Shown here: one piece after another, positions 27,736 to 41,620 of the stretch
Layout of the letters: each line of letters starts with the position of its first letter
Position numbering within the stretch: the stretch's first letter is position 1
Assembly: GCA_964016885.1 (NCBI GenBank)
Contig: OZ024765.1
Location: 14,322,001-14,386,000, forward strand
Source of the DNA: Eledone cirrhosa
Taxonomy: Eukaryota
Direction: 5' to 3'
Length of the DNA stretch: 64,000 nucleotides
Program-made: the position numbers and the translations under genes
The notes under the pieces: generated by a model
Seen by the model: only the letters and a program-made list of their open reading frames with translations
What the model was told of the DNA's origin: nothing
Database searches by the model: none

Positions 27736-27774
<39 letters not shown>

Positions 27775-28124
27775 AGATACTACTACTACTACTGCTACTA
27801 CTACAGATACCACCACCACTAATACTACTTCCACTACTACTACTACAGATACCACTACTACTACTACCAGTACCACTACTAGTGCTACTACCAGTACCAC
27901 TATTACCAGTACCACTACTATCAACACCACTGCTACTACTACTACTACTACTACAGATACCACTACTACTACTACTAGTACCACTACAACTACTACTACA
28001 GATACCACTACTACTACAGTGGATACCACTACTACTACTACCACCACCACCACTACTATCACTACTACCACTGTTACTACTACGACTACCACTACAACAG
28101 ACATAACAAATTGATACTACTACG

Positions 28125-28975
28125 GTATGGAATGGTAGGGAAATAGTATGGACTGGAATGGTGTGGCATTGTACAGTATCAAATGGTATGGTATAGTATT
28201 GCCCAGTATCAAATGGTATGGTATGATATCAAATGGTGTGGCATTGTACAGTATCAAATGGTATGGTATAGTATTGCCCAGTATCAAATGGTATGGTATG
28301 ATATCAAATGGTGTGGCATTGTACAGTATCAAATGGTATGGTATAGTATTGCCCAGTATCAAATGGTATGGTATGATATCAAATGGTGTGGCATTGTACA
28401 GTATCAAATGGTATGGTATAGTATTGCCCAGTATCAAATGGTATGGTATGATATCAAATGGTGTGGCATTGTACAGTATCAAATGGTATGGTATAGTATT
28501 GCCCAGTATCAAATGGTATGGTATGATATCAAATGGTGTGGCATTGTACAGTATCAAATGGTATGGTATAGTATTGCCCAGTATCAAATGGTATGGTATG
28601 ATATCAAATGGTGTGGCATTGTACAGTATCAAATGGTATGGTATAGTATTGCCCAGTATCAAATGGTATGGTATGATATCAAATGGTGTGGCATTGTACA
28701 GTATCAAATGGTATGGTATAGTATTGCCCAGTATCAAATGGTATGGTATGATATCAAATGGCATGGTATTGTACAGTATCAAATGGTATGGTATTGTATT
28801 GCCCAGTATCAAATGGTATGGTATGATATCAAATGGTATAGTACAGTATCAAATGGTAAGGTATGGTATGGAATGGTATGATATAGATATGGTATGGTGT
28901 GATATAGAAATGGTATGGTATCAAATGGTATGGTATGATATGAAAATTGCATGGTATGAAAGTGGTATGGTATGA
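28125..28975 (+). repeat. 75-bp tandem array built from ATGGT pentamers
   Basis: Period 28231->28306; ~9 copies decaying into (TATGG)n at both edges. Confidence 0.9.
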
Positions 28976-29424
28976 AAATGGTGATACTAATGGTGAGAGA
29001 AATGGTTAATGGTGAGAACACAAAAGAGGAATTAGTGTTCTAGGAAGAAGAGTTTAAATGTTTCCTGTCATTTGAACTTTGACACCAACCAGCTGTAGTG
29101 GTGGTGGTGGTAGTAGTGGTGGTGGTGGCAGCAGTGGCAGTGGCAGTAGTGGTGGTGGTGGTGGTGGTGGTGGTGGTAGCGGTGTGTGACATCTACTTAG
29201 AAAACTAGCCATACTATTAAACTGATCTCCACCTCCACCCCTGCTCCTTTCGTCTCTCTCAACCCCACCCCTATTTCTCCTCCACTTTTAATCCTTTAGT
29301 GCAGAGGTTCTCAAACTTTTTGGGCCACTACCCCCACCCCTATTTCCAGAGAGACCTGCCCTCACGCAAATTAAAAATTATATATAATAAATAATCTACT
29401 AATACATACTATGTATAAATAAAT

Positions 29425-29687
29425 ATCATCATCATCATCATCATCACCGTTTTACGTCCGTTCTTCCACGCTAGCATGGGTTAGACGGGTTGTCCTGTTG
29501 TGGGCAGTGTCTGGTCGGCTGACCATGCCTTGCTCATACAGGAACTGATCTGGCTTGATTTCTACAGCTGGATGCCCTTCCTAACACCAACCTCATTTAC
29601 AGTGGGTGCTTTTTCGTGGCGCCTACACGTCCACTTTACAGTGTGGGCTGGGTGCTTTTTTGCCGTGGCACCTCCACGACCACCTTG
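29425..29687 (-). mobile_element. SINE family B 3' part
   Basis: (TCA)n tail plus reverse complement of ggttggtgttaggaagggcatccagctgtagaaa. Confidence 0.8.
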
Positions 29688-29701
29688 CGGGGGGGGGGGG
29701 C

Positions 29702-30432
29702 ATATTGTTTATATGCTTCAGCATGTACCCATGGGAGGTCGGGTACCCTGTATTACTGCGTGACGCCAGAAGTCACGGTCGTGTGTCATTGACTTTGAGA
29801 GGTGTAGTTGGGTAAGGTCGGCTTTTATCACCTCATCCCAAGTCATCTTGGGTCTCCCCACTCCGCGGTTTCCATCAACTTCTAGTGCTCTGCACCTTTT
29901 TATGCAGCTGTCATCCTTCATACGCATCACATGTCCATACCAGCGTAACCGCCTCTCCTGTACGCAGCATTTGATTCCTCTTATGCTCAGTCTCTCTCTC
30001 AATTCCTTTATGCTTTGTCGTTCACGTATATTACTGTTACACATCCATCGGAGCATGCAGGCTTCGTTTCTCTCTAATCTACGTAAGTCTTCCACCTTCA
30101 GCGCCCAGGTCTCACTACCATGCAACATCGCTGTTCGGATACACGCATCATACAGTCTGCCTTTCATTCTGAGGGAGAAGCCTTTTGCAGCTAGCAGTGG
30201 TAGTAGTTCCCTAAACTTCTTCCATCCCGTTCTTACCCTAGTTATTGTACTTTCTGAGCACCCACCTCCATTGCTAATTCGGTCACCTAGGTAGCAGAAG
30301 CTGTCTACTGTTTCTACAGGGCCCTCCCAGAGATTGGTGGTACTTGTTTCCTGTGGCTGTTTGCTTGCTGTTTCAGCACAACTGCTGCATGTGAATCCTA
30401 CATTCTTAATTAAGCTTCCTGAGATCCCGCTA
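29702..30432 (-). mobile_element. RTE-like LINE 3' fragment (RT end to C-terminus, open frame)
   Basis: MKGRLYDACIRTAMLHGSETWALKVEDLRRLERNE..RRLRWYGHVMR..GRPKMTW. Confidence 0.9.
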
Positions 30433-30473
30433 CATATATTTATTATTTTACTATATTTATAAATAATTGTTTA

Positions 30474-30661
30474 ATTGTTTCTACGTTTGGCACAAGGCCA
30501 GCAATTACTCGGAGCATTACTGGTACTTTATTTTATCGACACCGTAAGGATGAAAGGCAAATTTAACCTCGGCGGGATTTGAACTCAGAATGGCAAGGGC
30601 CATAACTCTATACGTCAAAGCATAGCGCCCGACCCTCTACCGATACTGCCAATCCACCGCC
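30474..30661 (-). mobile_element. SINE family A
   Basis: Reverse complement of family A. Confidence 0.85.
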
Positions 30662-30938
30662 CTTATATATTTATAAATAATATGTATTTGATAGCTAATA
30701 CACTATTAAGTCATCTATATCTATACATATATATATTTCTGTGGATCGATTGGTTATTGATTAGGTGAAACTGGCTGATGAACCACATGCGCCAATTATG
30801 CATTGTTGCATAATATATGCGGACAGAGGTTGCAGTGCACACTTTTGCTGCATTAAGTGTGGCCGAAACTCGAATTCGGGAATAATTGAAGGAACCTGTT
30901 TACGTGTGTTGTATTGAAGTGAATAACTATGTGTATAT

Positions 30939-31285
30939 GGAGGCACATGGCTTAGTGGTTAGAGCATTGGCCTTGCAATCAAAAGGTTGTGAGTTCAATT
31001 CTCAGACCGGGTGATGTGTTGTTTCCTTGAGCAAGACACTTTATTTCACATTGCTCCAGTTTACTCAGCTGTAGAAATGAGATGATAGGGACTGGGGTCC
31101 ATATCATTCCACTGCAAAGTGGTCGTGGAGGTGCCACGGCAAAAAAGCACCCAGCACTCACTGTAAAATGAGGTTGGTGTTAGGAAGGGCATCCAGGTGT
31201 AGAAATCAAGCCAGAATCAGTTCCCATCCCACCCTTGCAAGCAGGGAAAAAGCAGACGTAAAATGAAATGATGATGAATGATGAT
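30939..31285 (+). mobile_element. SINE family B full copy
   Basis: tRNA-like head ggaggcacatggcttagtggttagagc..gagttcaattctc, (TGA)n tail. Confidence 0.85.
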
Positions 31286-31434
31286 ACTCTGGGAGTTTAT
31301 TTAATATTACCTATTGAGTACGCTGAGATGCAACCGGTCGTAGCAGTGAAACCTATGTTAGGTCTGTCAACTTCTCTCTCTCTATATATATACAGATATA
31401 TATATATATAAAATGATGATGATGATATCATCAT

Positions 31435-31718
31435 TCATTTCATCATCATCATTTCATTTTACGTCTGCTTTCTCCCTGCTTGCAAGGGTGGGACGGGAAC
31501 TGATTCTGGCTTGATTTCTACAGCTAGATGCCCTTCCTAACACCAACCTCATTTACAGTGAGTGCTGGGTGCTTCTTTTGCCGTGGCGCCTCCACGACCA
31601 CTTTACAGTGGAATGATATGGACCCCTGTCCCTATCATCTCATTTCTACAGCTGAGTAAACTGGAGCAATGTGAAATAAAGTGTCTTACTCAAGGAAACA
31701 ACACATCACCCGGTCTGA

Positions 31719-31720
<2 letters not shown>
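31435..31720 (-). mobile_element. SINE family B, 5'-truncated
   Basis: Reverse complement of ~31000-31285. Confidence 0.85.
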
Positions 31721-31759
<39 letters not shown>

Positions 31760-31896
31760 ATACTTGTTCCTATATATATATATATCTCCTCTCCTATCTC
31801 CATCTCTCTCTTTAAGATTGGTTACTCTTGAACACCGTCCAAACCCATGCAAGCATGGAAGATGGACGTTGAACGATGCTGATGATGATGATATGT

Positions 31897-31929
<33 letters not shown>

Positions 31930-31948
31930 AATATAAATATTTATATAT

Positions 31949-32024
<76 letters not shown>

Positions 32025-32048
32025 TTCGTTTCTGAATTATATATATAT

Positions 32049-32490
32049 GAAGGCGCATGTCTTAGTGGTTAGAGCATTGGGCTTGCAATCGAAAGGCTGT
32101 GAGTTCAATTCTCGGACCGGGTGATGTGTTGTTTCCTTGAGCAAGACACTTTATTTCACATTGCTCCAGTTTACTCAGCTGTAGAAATGAGATGATAGGA
32201 CAGGGGTCCCTATCATTCCACTGCAAAGTGGTCGTGGAGGTGCCACAGAAAAAAAAATCAGCCAGCCTACACTGTAAAGTGGACGTGTAGGCGCCATGGA
32301 AAATAAGCACCCAGCACTCACTGTAAATGAGATTGGTGTTAGGAAGGGCATCCAGCTGCAGAAACTAAACCAAAATCAGTCCTATATGAGCAAGACATGG
32401 TCACTTGACTTGGCATTGCCAACAACAGAACAACCTGTCTAACCCATGCTAGCATGGAAGAATAGAGGTAAAACGGTGATGATGATGATA
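32049..32490 (+). mobile_element. SINE family B variant with alternative tail
   Basis: Same head and body; ends aacccatgctagcatggaag..(TGA)n. Confidence 0.8.
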
Positions 32491-32594
32491 GTGATGAAGC
32501 TGGGAGAAAAGTTCTTTAAAAAGATAAATGACATACTTGAAAAGTTATTGGTGAAAGTTCAGAGTGGTATATAGGTAGAATGAGAAAAAGTTAA

Positions 32595-34140
32595 CCCTTT
32601 ATCATTTACATTACTCTATATATACTATTGTATTTTCACAGTAAAGGCTTTACCTCACATAATATCTCACATAACATTTACATTACTCTATATATACTAT
32701 TGTATTTTCACAGTAAAGGCTTTACCTCACATAATATCTCACATAACATTTACATTACTCTATATATACTAGTGTATTTTCACAGTAAAGGCTTTACCTC
32801 ACAATATCTCACATAATATTTACATTACTCTATATATACTATTGTATTTTCACAGTAAAGGCTTTACCTCACATAATATCTCACATAACATTTACATTAC
32901 TCTATATATACTATTGTATTTTCACAGTAAAGGCTTTACCTCACATAATATCTCACATAACATTTACATTACTCTATATATACTAGTGTATTTTCACAGT
33001 AAAGGCTTTACCTCACAATATCTCACATAATATTTACATTACTCTATATATACTATTGTATTTTCACAGTAAAGGCTTTACCTCACATAATATCTCACAT
33101 AACATTTACATTACTCTATATATACTATTGTATTTTCACAGTAAAGGCTTTACCTCACATAATATCTCACATAACATTTACATTACTCTATATATACTAG
33201 TGTATTTTCACAGTAAAGGCTTTACCTCACAATATCTCACATAATATTTACATTACTCTATATATACTATTGTATTTTCACAGTAAAGGCTTTACCTCAC
33301 AATATCTCACATAATATTTACATTACTCTATATATACTATTGTATTTTCACAGTAAAGGCTTTACCTCACATAATATCTCACATAACATTTATATTACTC
33401 TATATATACTATTGTATTTTCACAGTAAAGGCTTTACCTCACATAATATCTCACATAACATTTACATTACTCTATATATACTAGTGTATTTTCACAGTAA
33501 AGGCTTTACCTCACATAATATCTCACATAACATTTACATTACTCTATATATACTATTGTATTTTCACAGTAAAGGCTTTACCTCACATAACATTTACATT
33601 ACTCTATATATACCATTGTATTTTCACAGTAAAGGCTTTACCTCACATAATATCTCACATAACATTTACATTACTCTATATATACTATTGTATTTTCACA
33701 GTAAAGGCTTTACCTCACATAATATCTCACATAACATTTATATTACTCTATATATACTATTGTATTTTCACAGTAAAGGCTTTACCTCACATAATATCTC
33801 ACATAACATTTACATTACTCTATATATACTAGTGTATTTTCACAGTAAAGGCTTTACCTCACATAATATCTCACATAACATTTACATTACTCTATATATA
33901 CTAGTGTATTTTCACAGTAAAGGCTTTACCTCACAATATCTCACATAATATTTACATTACTCTAAATATACTATTGTATTTTCACAGTAAAGGCTTTACC
34001 TCACATAATATCTCACATAACATTTACATTACTCTATATATACTATTGTATTTTCACAGTAAAGGCTTTACCTCACAATATCTCACATAACATTTACATT
34101 ACTCTATATATATTATTGTATTTTCACAGTAATATCTCAT
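32595..34140 (-). mobile_element. Inverted partial copy of the piggyBac-like element, ~21 copies of the 72-bp unit
   Basis: Starts TTAA|CCCTTTATCATTTAC; other end lost in microsatellite. Confidence 0.7.
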
Positions 34141-34794
34141 AACTGTCTGTGTATGTGTATTTCTTTGTGTGTGTGTATGCGAGTATGTATATGTCTGTGT
34201 GTGTGCATGCCAGTATGTATATGTATGTGTGTGTATGCCAGTATGTATATATGTATGTATGTGTGTGTGTGTAAGTGCAGTAATTAGTAATTCTGTTTGA
34301 AGGGGATAAAGAGACCATAATTAATTTATTTAGGTGTTGTCAGTGGTGACTGGGGGTAGTTAGGGGAGGGGTGACTGGGGTAGGAGGGGAGGATGGAGGA
34401 GGGCTGGCTCGGGTAGGAGGGGAGGGAGGAGGGCTGGCTCGGGTAGGAGGGGAGGGTGGAGGGTTGACTGGGGTATGAGGGAAGGATGGAGGAGGGCTGG
34501 CTGGGTAGGAGGGGAGGGTGGAGAAGGGCTGGCTGGGGTAGGAAGGGGACGGTTGGAGGAGGACTGGCTGGGGTTGGAGGGGGCAGGTGGAGGAGGACTG
34601 GCTTAGGGTGGAGGAGGGGGCTGGCTGGGGTAGGAGGGGGAGGATGGAGAGCTAAATGAGACAGGAGGGGTGGGTGTAATATAGATGTCAGTCTGACAGG
34701 GTGGTGACTCCCTTCCTCAATGGGAAACAAGGGTTAGGGAGAGAAAGGGCTTCATTAAAGTTCCCTTGTTATCCAGATAAATGCAGTGATTATG

Positions 34795-36915
34795 GTGGGG
34801 GGGGGTAAGGTGGTGGTGGTGGTGGTAAGGTGGTGGTAAGGTGGTGGTGGTGGTGGTAAGGTGGTGGTGGTGGTAAGGTGGTGGTAAGGTGGTGGTGGTG
34901 GTGGTGGTAAGGTGGTGGTGGTGGTGGTGGTAATGTGGTGGTGGTAAGGTGGTGGTGGTGGTTGTGGTGGTGTTGGTGGTGTAGTTTGAAGTAGTGGTTG
35001 TGTTAGTGGTTATGGTGGTGGTGTTAAGGTGGTAGTGTTAAGGTGGTGGTGTTAGTGGTGATGGTGGTGGTGGTAAGGTGGTGGTGTTAGTGGTGATAGT
35101 GGTGGTGTTAGTGGTGATGGTGGTGGTGTTAAGGTGGTGTTGGTGGTGTAGTTTGAAGTAGTGGTGGTGTTAAGGTGGTGGTAAGGTGGTGGTGGTGGTG
35201 GTGGTGGTAAGGTGATGGTAAGGTGGTGGTGGTGGTGGTAAGGTGGTGGTGGTGGTAAGGTGGTGGTAAGGTGGTGGTGGTGGTGGTGGTAAGGTGGTGG
35301 TGGTGGTGGTGGTAATGTGGTGGTGGTAAGGTGGTGGTGGTGGTTGTGGTGGTGTTGGTGGTGTAGTTTGAAGTAGTGGTTGTGTTAGTGGTGATGGTGG
35401 TGGTGTTAAGGTGGTAGTGTTAAGGTGGTGGTGTTAGTGGTGATGGTGGTGGTGGTAAGGTGGTGGTGTTAGTGGTGATAGTGGTGGTGTTAGTGGTGAT
35501 GGTGGTGGTGTTAAGGTGGTGTTGGTGGTGTAGTTTGAAGTAGTGGTGGTGTTAAGGTGGTGGTAAGGTGGTGGTGGTGGTGGTGGTAAGGTGGTGGTGG
35601 TGGTAAGGTGGTGGTGGTGGTGGTGGTGGTGTTAGTTGTGGTGTTAAGGTGGTGGTGTTAGTGGTGATGGTGGTGGTGGTGTTAGTGGTGGTGGTGGTGT
35701 TAGTGGTGGTGGTGGTGTTAGTGGTGGTGGAGGAAGTGGTGGTGGTGTTAAGGTGGTGGTGTTAGTGGTGGTGTTAGTGGTGGTGGTGTTAGTGGTGGAG
35801 GAGGAGGTGGTGGTGGTGGTGTTGGTATTACTCTTATGGTTGTTATTGTTGATGCTATTGTTATTATTGCTGTCATTGTTATTGCTGCTGTTGTTGTTGT
35901 TGTTATTATTTCTATTGCTGTTGTTATTGCTGCTGTTATTGTTGTTACTGTTGTTGTTGTTATTATTGTTGTTGTTGTTATTGTTGTTGTTGTTATTGCT
36001 GCTGTTATTGTTGTTACTGTTACTGTTGTTGTTATTTCTATTGTTATTGTTGTTGTCATTGTAGTTATTGCTGTTGGTGACAATGGGTGACAAGGGTGTG
36101 TGTCTGTCTGTGGTGGTGTGGGGAGGTGCAGAGGTGAATGGCATGGGGTACCTTGAATAAAACACAGATGGGGTGGAGTGGGGGATGGGGGGGGGGGGGG
36201 GAATTAAGTGGGCACCCTTTAAGGAAGGATGTCCTGTGGTATGAGGGGAGTAGTCAGGGACATCACTCCCCCTTCTTCTACCTCCCATGTACCCCAACCC
36301 CTCTTCCTTCCTATAGGGTCCCCTCTATTGTCCAACCCCATCACTCTATACATCCCCTTCCTCAACCTTATATACACCACCATCGCTACCATCACTACCA
36401 CCACCACTATCACTACCACCACTATCATCATCATCGTCACCATCATCACCATCACCACTACCACCTTTACCACTATCACCACCACCACCACCATCACTAC
36501 CATCATCACCATCACCACACCACAACCACCATCACCACTATCATCACCACCATAACCATCACCACATCACCACCATCACCACATCACCACCACCATCACC
36601 ACTATCATCACCACCATCACCACTATCATCACCACCACCACCACCACCATCACTACCTTCATCACCATCACCACACCACAACCACCATCACCACTATCAT
36701 CACCACCACCACCATCACTACTATCATCACCATCACCACACCACTATCATCACCACCATCACCATCACCACACCACAACCACCATCACCACCACCATCAC
36801 CATCACCACATCACCACCACCATCACCACTATCATCACCACCACCACTACCACCACCACCATCACTACCATCACCATCACCACCTACCACCCACCACCAC
36901 CACCACCACCACCAC
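34795..36915. repeat. (GGT)n/(GTT)n and oppositely oriented (CAC/CAT)n tracts
   Basis: Direct inspection. Confidence 0.9.
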
Positions 36916-37577
36916 CTATCACATCCCATGAGCCAGAATTTTGCTCTTTTTTGTTATCCCCACAATAAGCCCCCCCCCCTCCAATATAACAATAATACTC
37001 CCCCTCCCCTTCCCCTCTACCCCTCCCCCCTCAATGATCTGATTCATAAGTAAGAGGATGGAGGGAAAACTAGAAAGAAAACAAAAGGAAACCCCCCTCT
37101 CCCCTTCCCTCACACCTACACCACCACCACCACCATACACTTATCACTCTATACTCTCCCTCCTAGCTATCTCACCTTCACTCATCCTCCCTCTCTATAT
37201 ATATATATATCTCACCTTCATCCTCCCCCTCTTCCTCACCTTCACTCTCTCCCTCTCCTCTCTCTCTCTCTAGCTATCTCACCTTCACTGCCACTCCCCC
37301 CCTCCTTCTCCTCTGGCTATCTCACCTTCTCTCTGCCCCCTCTCTCTTCTCCTTCTCTCTCTGGCTATCTCGCCTCCACTCTGCCCCCTCTCTCCCCCCT
37401 CCGGCTATCTCACCTTCTCTCTGCCCCCTCTCTCTCCTCCTGCTCCTCTCTCTGGCTATCTCACCTTCACTCTCTCCTCCTACTCCTCTCACTCACACTC
37501 AACAGCAATGAACTTTATAGAACAGCAGGAAAAGTATTATTAAAATATTTAGAGAAATCCGTATCACCATCATTATT

Positions 37578-37930
37578 TTGCAGCACAGAGTTACGGCCCT
37601 TTATGTTCTGAGTTCAAATCCACCGGGGTCGGTAAAATAAAGTACCAGTAATGCACTGAGGTAATTGCTGGCCTTGTGCCAAAAGTAGAAACAATTATTA
37701 CGGGGGTCGGTAAAATAAACTACCTGTAATGCACTGAGGTAATTGCTGGCCTTGTGCCAAAAGTAGAAACAATTATTACGGGGTCGGTAAAATAAACTAC
37801 CTGTAATGCACTGGAGTAATTGCTGGCCTTGTGCCAAAAGTAGAAACAATTATTACGGGGTCGGTAAAATAAAGTACCAGTAATGCACTGAGGTAATTGC
37901 TGGCCTTGTACCAATAGTAGAAACAATTAT
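37578..37930 (+). mobile_element. SINE family A with ~78-bp 3' segment repeated 4x
   Basis: ggggtcggtaaaataaa...gtagaaacaattattac repeated. Confidence 0.85.
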
Positions 37931-37945
37931 CATAAGAACAACAAC

Positions 37946-38004
37946 CTGTCATTATAGTGGAAGTCTTATGTTGAAGAAAGCAGTATTGGAAAGAACTATA
38001 AATG
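37946..38004 (-). CDS. Host gene exon, 59 nt ((S)IYSSFQYCFLQHKTSTIMT(G))
   Basis: Acceptor ctctctccctttcctttcatttatag|C, weak donor CAG|gttgtt; phase 2-1 fits both neighbours. Confidence 0.65.
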
Positions 38005-38239
38005 CTATAAATGAAAGGAAAGGGAGAGAGAAGACCAGGGATTACTAGACAAAGGAAGAATGAAAGGTGGGGGAAGAGAGCAGGGGATGGATTCTACACT
38101 TACATCAGAGCGGTGTATATATGTATGCACACACATGCAAACATAGATAGTCACACATATAACAACAAACAGAGCATAACAACTAGGGCATAACTTAAAT
38201 GTTCTTACATAAAATTACTATCAAAAGGATTTAGATAAA

Positions 38240-38922
38240 TACTAGACCACACGTGCGTGACCCGTTCACTTAAATATTTTTAAAAAAATCATGTTGACTT
38301 AAAAATATTTTTAAAAAAATCATGTTGACTTAAAAATATTTTAAAAAAAATCATGTTGACTTAAAAATATTTTTAAAAAAATCATGTTGACTTAAAAATA
38401 TTTTTAAAAAAATCATGTTGACTTAAAAATATTTTTAAAAAAATCATTGTTCACTTAAAAATATTGAAAAAGAAATGTCTTTATTTTAAAAATTCCCCTC
38501 ATACCTACAGCTGTTCCATTTGAATTTAAGAGGTTTCAGTTTCCAGTCAAACTAAGTTTTGTTATTTCAATTAACAAATCTCAGGGTCAATCCCTCAAGG
38601 TAGTTGGACTTGATCTCTCTACTACATGTTTCTCCCATGGCCAACTCTATGTTGGTTGCTCACAAGTTGGAAGCAGCAACAATTTATTTATTTATTTGGA
38701 CACCATCAAAAAATTACACAATGAATATTTTTTACCCTGAGTTGCTTCAAGATTGACAGATTTCATTTCTAAATTCTATTATTATAATTTTGATATTTAA
38801 AAAAATAAAATATAGATATTTTGGAATAATTATGAGAAAAAAAATATATATCTTCATATTTATTGTTTACTAATCTGAATAAAAACAGCTGTAGCCGGGC
38901 AACGCAGGGTCATTCAGCTAAG
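38240..38922 (+). mobile_element. Helitron remnant (Pif1-family helicase C-terminus) with ~31-bp internal tandem repeats
   Basis: 38474-38700 encodes IPLIPTAVPFEFKRFQFPVKLSFVISINKSQGQSLKVVGLDLSTTCFSHGQLYVGCSQV (helicase motifs V/VI); 3' ccgggcaacgcagggtcattcagcta resembles the Helitron hairpin and CTRR end. Confidence 0.85.
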
Positions 38923-38924
38923 AC

Positions 38925-39217
38925 AATATGCCCCCATTCCCTCCCACTGCAAAGTGTTCGTGTAGGTGCCACGGAAAAAAAGCACCCAGCACGCACTGTA
39001 TAGTAGACGTGTAGGCACCATGAAAAAAAACAGACCCAGCACTCACTGTAAATGAGGTTGGTGTTAGAAAGGGAATCCAGCTGTAGAAATCAAGCCAGAA
39101 TCAGTTCCAGTATGAGCAAGACAAGGTCACCAAACCTAAGATTGCTCACAACAGGACAATCCATCTAACCCATGCTAGCGTGGAAGGATGGACGTTAAAC
39201 AATGATGATGATGATGA
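38925..39217 (+). mobile_element. SINE family B 3' part
   Basis: Matches family B body; (TGA)n tail. Confidence 0.8.
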
Positions 39218-39370
39218 TATATATATATATATATATATGTATGTATATATTATAATAAAATAACAGGAGGCTGGAAAGTTTAAACCTTTCAAGGATTATT
39301 CAATTCCAGTATTGGCAGTCAATACTGGAATTGAATAATCAAGACCGTAGTGGTATGTCATATATCAAAT

Positions 39371-39450
39371 CATATATTTTGTCTGATGAGGACGTACTGA
39401 AAAAACAACACCAACACAGTACCTTTGAAATATATATAATAAAGTATATG
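39371..39450 (+). ncRNA. Minimal type I hammerhead ribozyme motif
   Basis: CATATATTTTGT-CTGATGA-GGACGTACTG..CAGTACCTTT-GAAA-T-ATAT-ATA-ATAAAGTATATG: 12-bp stem I including G-U pairs. Confidence 0.75.
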
Positions 39451-39580
39451 TTTTGATTATGAGAATTTTTTTCATTTGTTAACATTTTGAATAATATATA
39501 TATATATATTATATAGTCTAACCCATGCTAGCATGGAAAATGGAAGTTAAACGAAGATGATGATGATGATGATTACACAC

Positions 39581-39629
<49 letters not shown>

Positions 39630-39781
39630 CTAGTTAATAAGCTTTTGACAAACAAAACTTTGTGGTCATTTCTAGGAAAACAAGGAAAAAAACCATCACT
39701 CAATCCTCTCTTTCTCTTCACTTCCCCTCCCCCCTATAGCTTCTGTCTTGATCTCTTTAACTACTGCATTGTCACGTACAC

Positions 39782-39813
<32 letters not shown>

Positions 39814-39916
39814 CCACCACCCCACTCTCAAGAGCGTGAAATTAATAAACATTTGTTGTACTTCCTCTCTGTTTTGTTCCCGTTCAATTTTTCATTATAT
39901 ATATATATACACACAG

Positions 39917-39961
<45 letters not shown>

Positions 39962-39987
39962 CAGATACACACTGACACAAACACACT

Positions 39988-40031
<44 letters not shown>

Positions 40032-40116
40032 TACACACATGCACACACACACACACATATATATATATACACACACACATGTATATATGGACACGAACAC
40101 ACTCAGACTCACACAA

Positions 40117-40161
<45 letters not shown>

Positions 40162-40199
40162 CAGATAAACACATACACACACTTGTATATATGGACACT

Positions 40200-40237
<38 letters not shown>

Positions 40238-40317
40238 GATACACACATGCACACACACATATATATATATACACACACACATGTATATATGGACACGAAC
40301 ACACTCAGACTCACACA

Positions 40318-40373
<56 letters not shown>

Positions 40374-40699
40374 CAGATAAACACATACACACACTTGTAT
40401 ATATGGACACTCACACACACACACATATATATATATAGATATACACACACATACACCACATATATACTGTCATGCACGTACATAGATATAGTATTTCTCT
40501 CTGACATGCATTCTCACAGGCACGTGCACAATATCCGTCTCACCTCTCACTCACACCCTCGTGCGTGTGCGTGTGTGCGTGTGCGTGTACAGCTACTTGA
40601 GAGAGAGGGTAGACTCACTACAGAGTTGGATTGTTTTATAAAGTATACTTTTGGTTTTAGACCCCAGTTATTGATTAGTCAACACACATGCATATATGT

Positions 40700-41038
40700 A
40701 TCATCATCATCATCATTTCATTTTACATCCGCTTTTTCCTGCTTGCAAGGGTGGGACGGGAACTGATTCTGGCTTGATTTCTACAGCTGGATACCCTTCC
40801 TAACACCAACCTCATTTACAGTGAGTGCTGGGTGCTTTTTTGCCGTGGCACCTACACGACCACTTTAGCAGTGGAATGATATGGACCCCAGTCCCTATCA
40901 TCTCATTTCTACAGCTGAGTAAACTGGAGCAATGTGAAATAAAGTGTCTTGCTCAAGGAAACAACACATCACCCGGTCTGAGAATTGAATTCACAACCTT
41001 TCGATTGCAAGGCCAATGCTCTAACCACTAACCCATGT
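40700..41038 (-). mobile_element. SINE family B near-full copy
   Basis: Reverse complement of 30939-31285. Confidence 0.85.
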
Positions 41039-41620
41039 GATATATATATATATTAAAGTGTTAAACAATATTCAATGATTATGTCAAAGAATGAGTTTTA
41101 CAGTAGATTGGAAGCACTCTACGGTAAAATAATTTTCCGGAGTTATTAATATTAAAATATAAATATTAATAAAATAGATATTCTTTTGATCAATTACATT
41201 TCATTATACATATTTTGGATGTACAACAGTACGTCCTCACCAGACAAAATATAATGATACATGACATAACCTGAGATGTTAAATGGTTAAGATTCAATGG
41301 TTAAGATTCAATGTTAAATGGTTAAGATTCAATCAAGGTACTACCTTGATTGAATCTTAACCATTTAACATCTCAGGGTATGTCATGTTTCATTATATTT
41401 TGTCTGATGAGGACGTACTGTTGTACATCCAAAATATGTATAATGAAATGTAATTGATCAAAAGAACATCTATTTTATTAATATTTATATCTTAATATAT
41501 ATATTGTTATGCTTTGGGAGGGTCATGTTGCCAATAACATGACCCTCCCAAAGCATAACAATATCGGTTTCAACACACGTTTTCAGATAAAGAATCTTGC
41601 TAAACAAATTCAGAAACGAA

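Noticed and set aside
30761-30946. Unique island as an additional host exon
   Set aside because: Including it breaks the phase chain and creates a stop in exon 26567-26647
30939-31010. tRNA gene
   Set aside because: tRNA-derived SINE head continuing into SINE body, multiple copies
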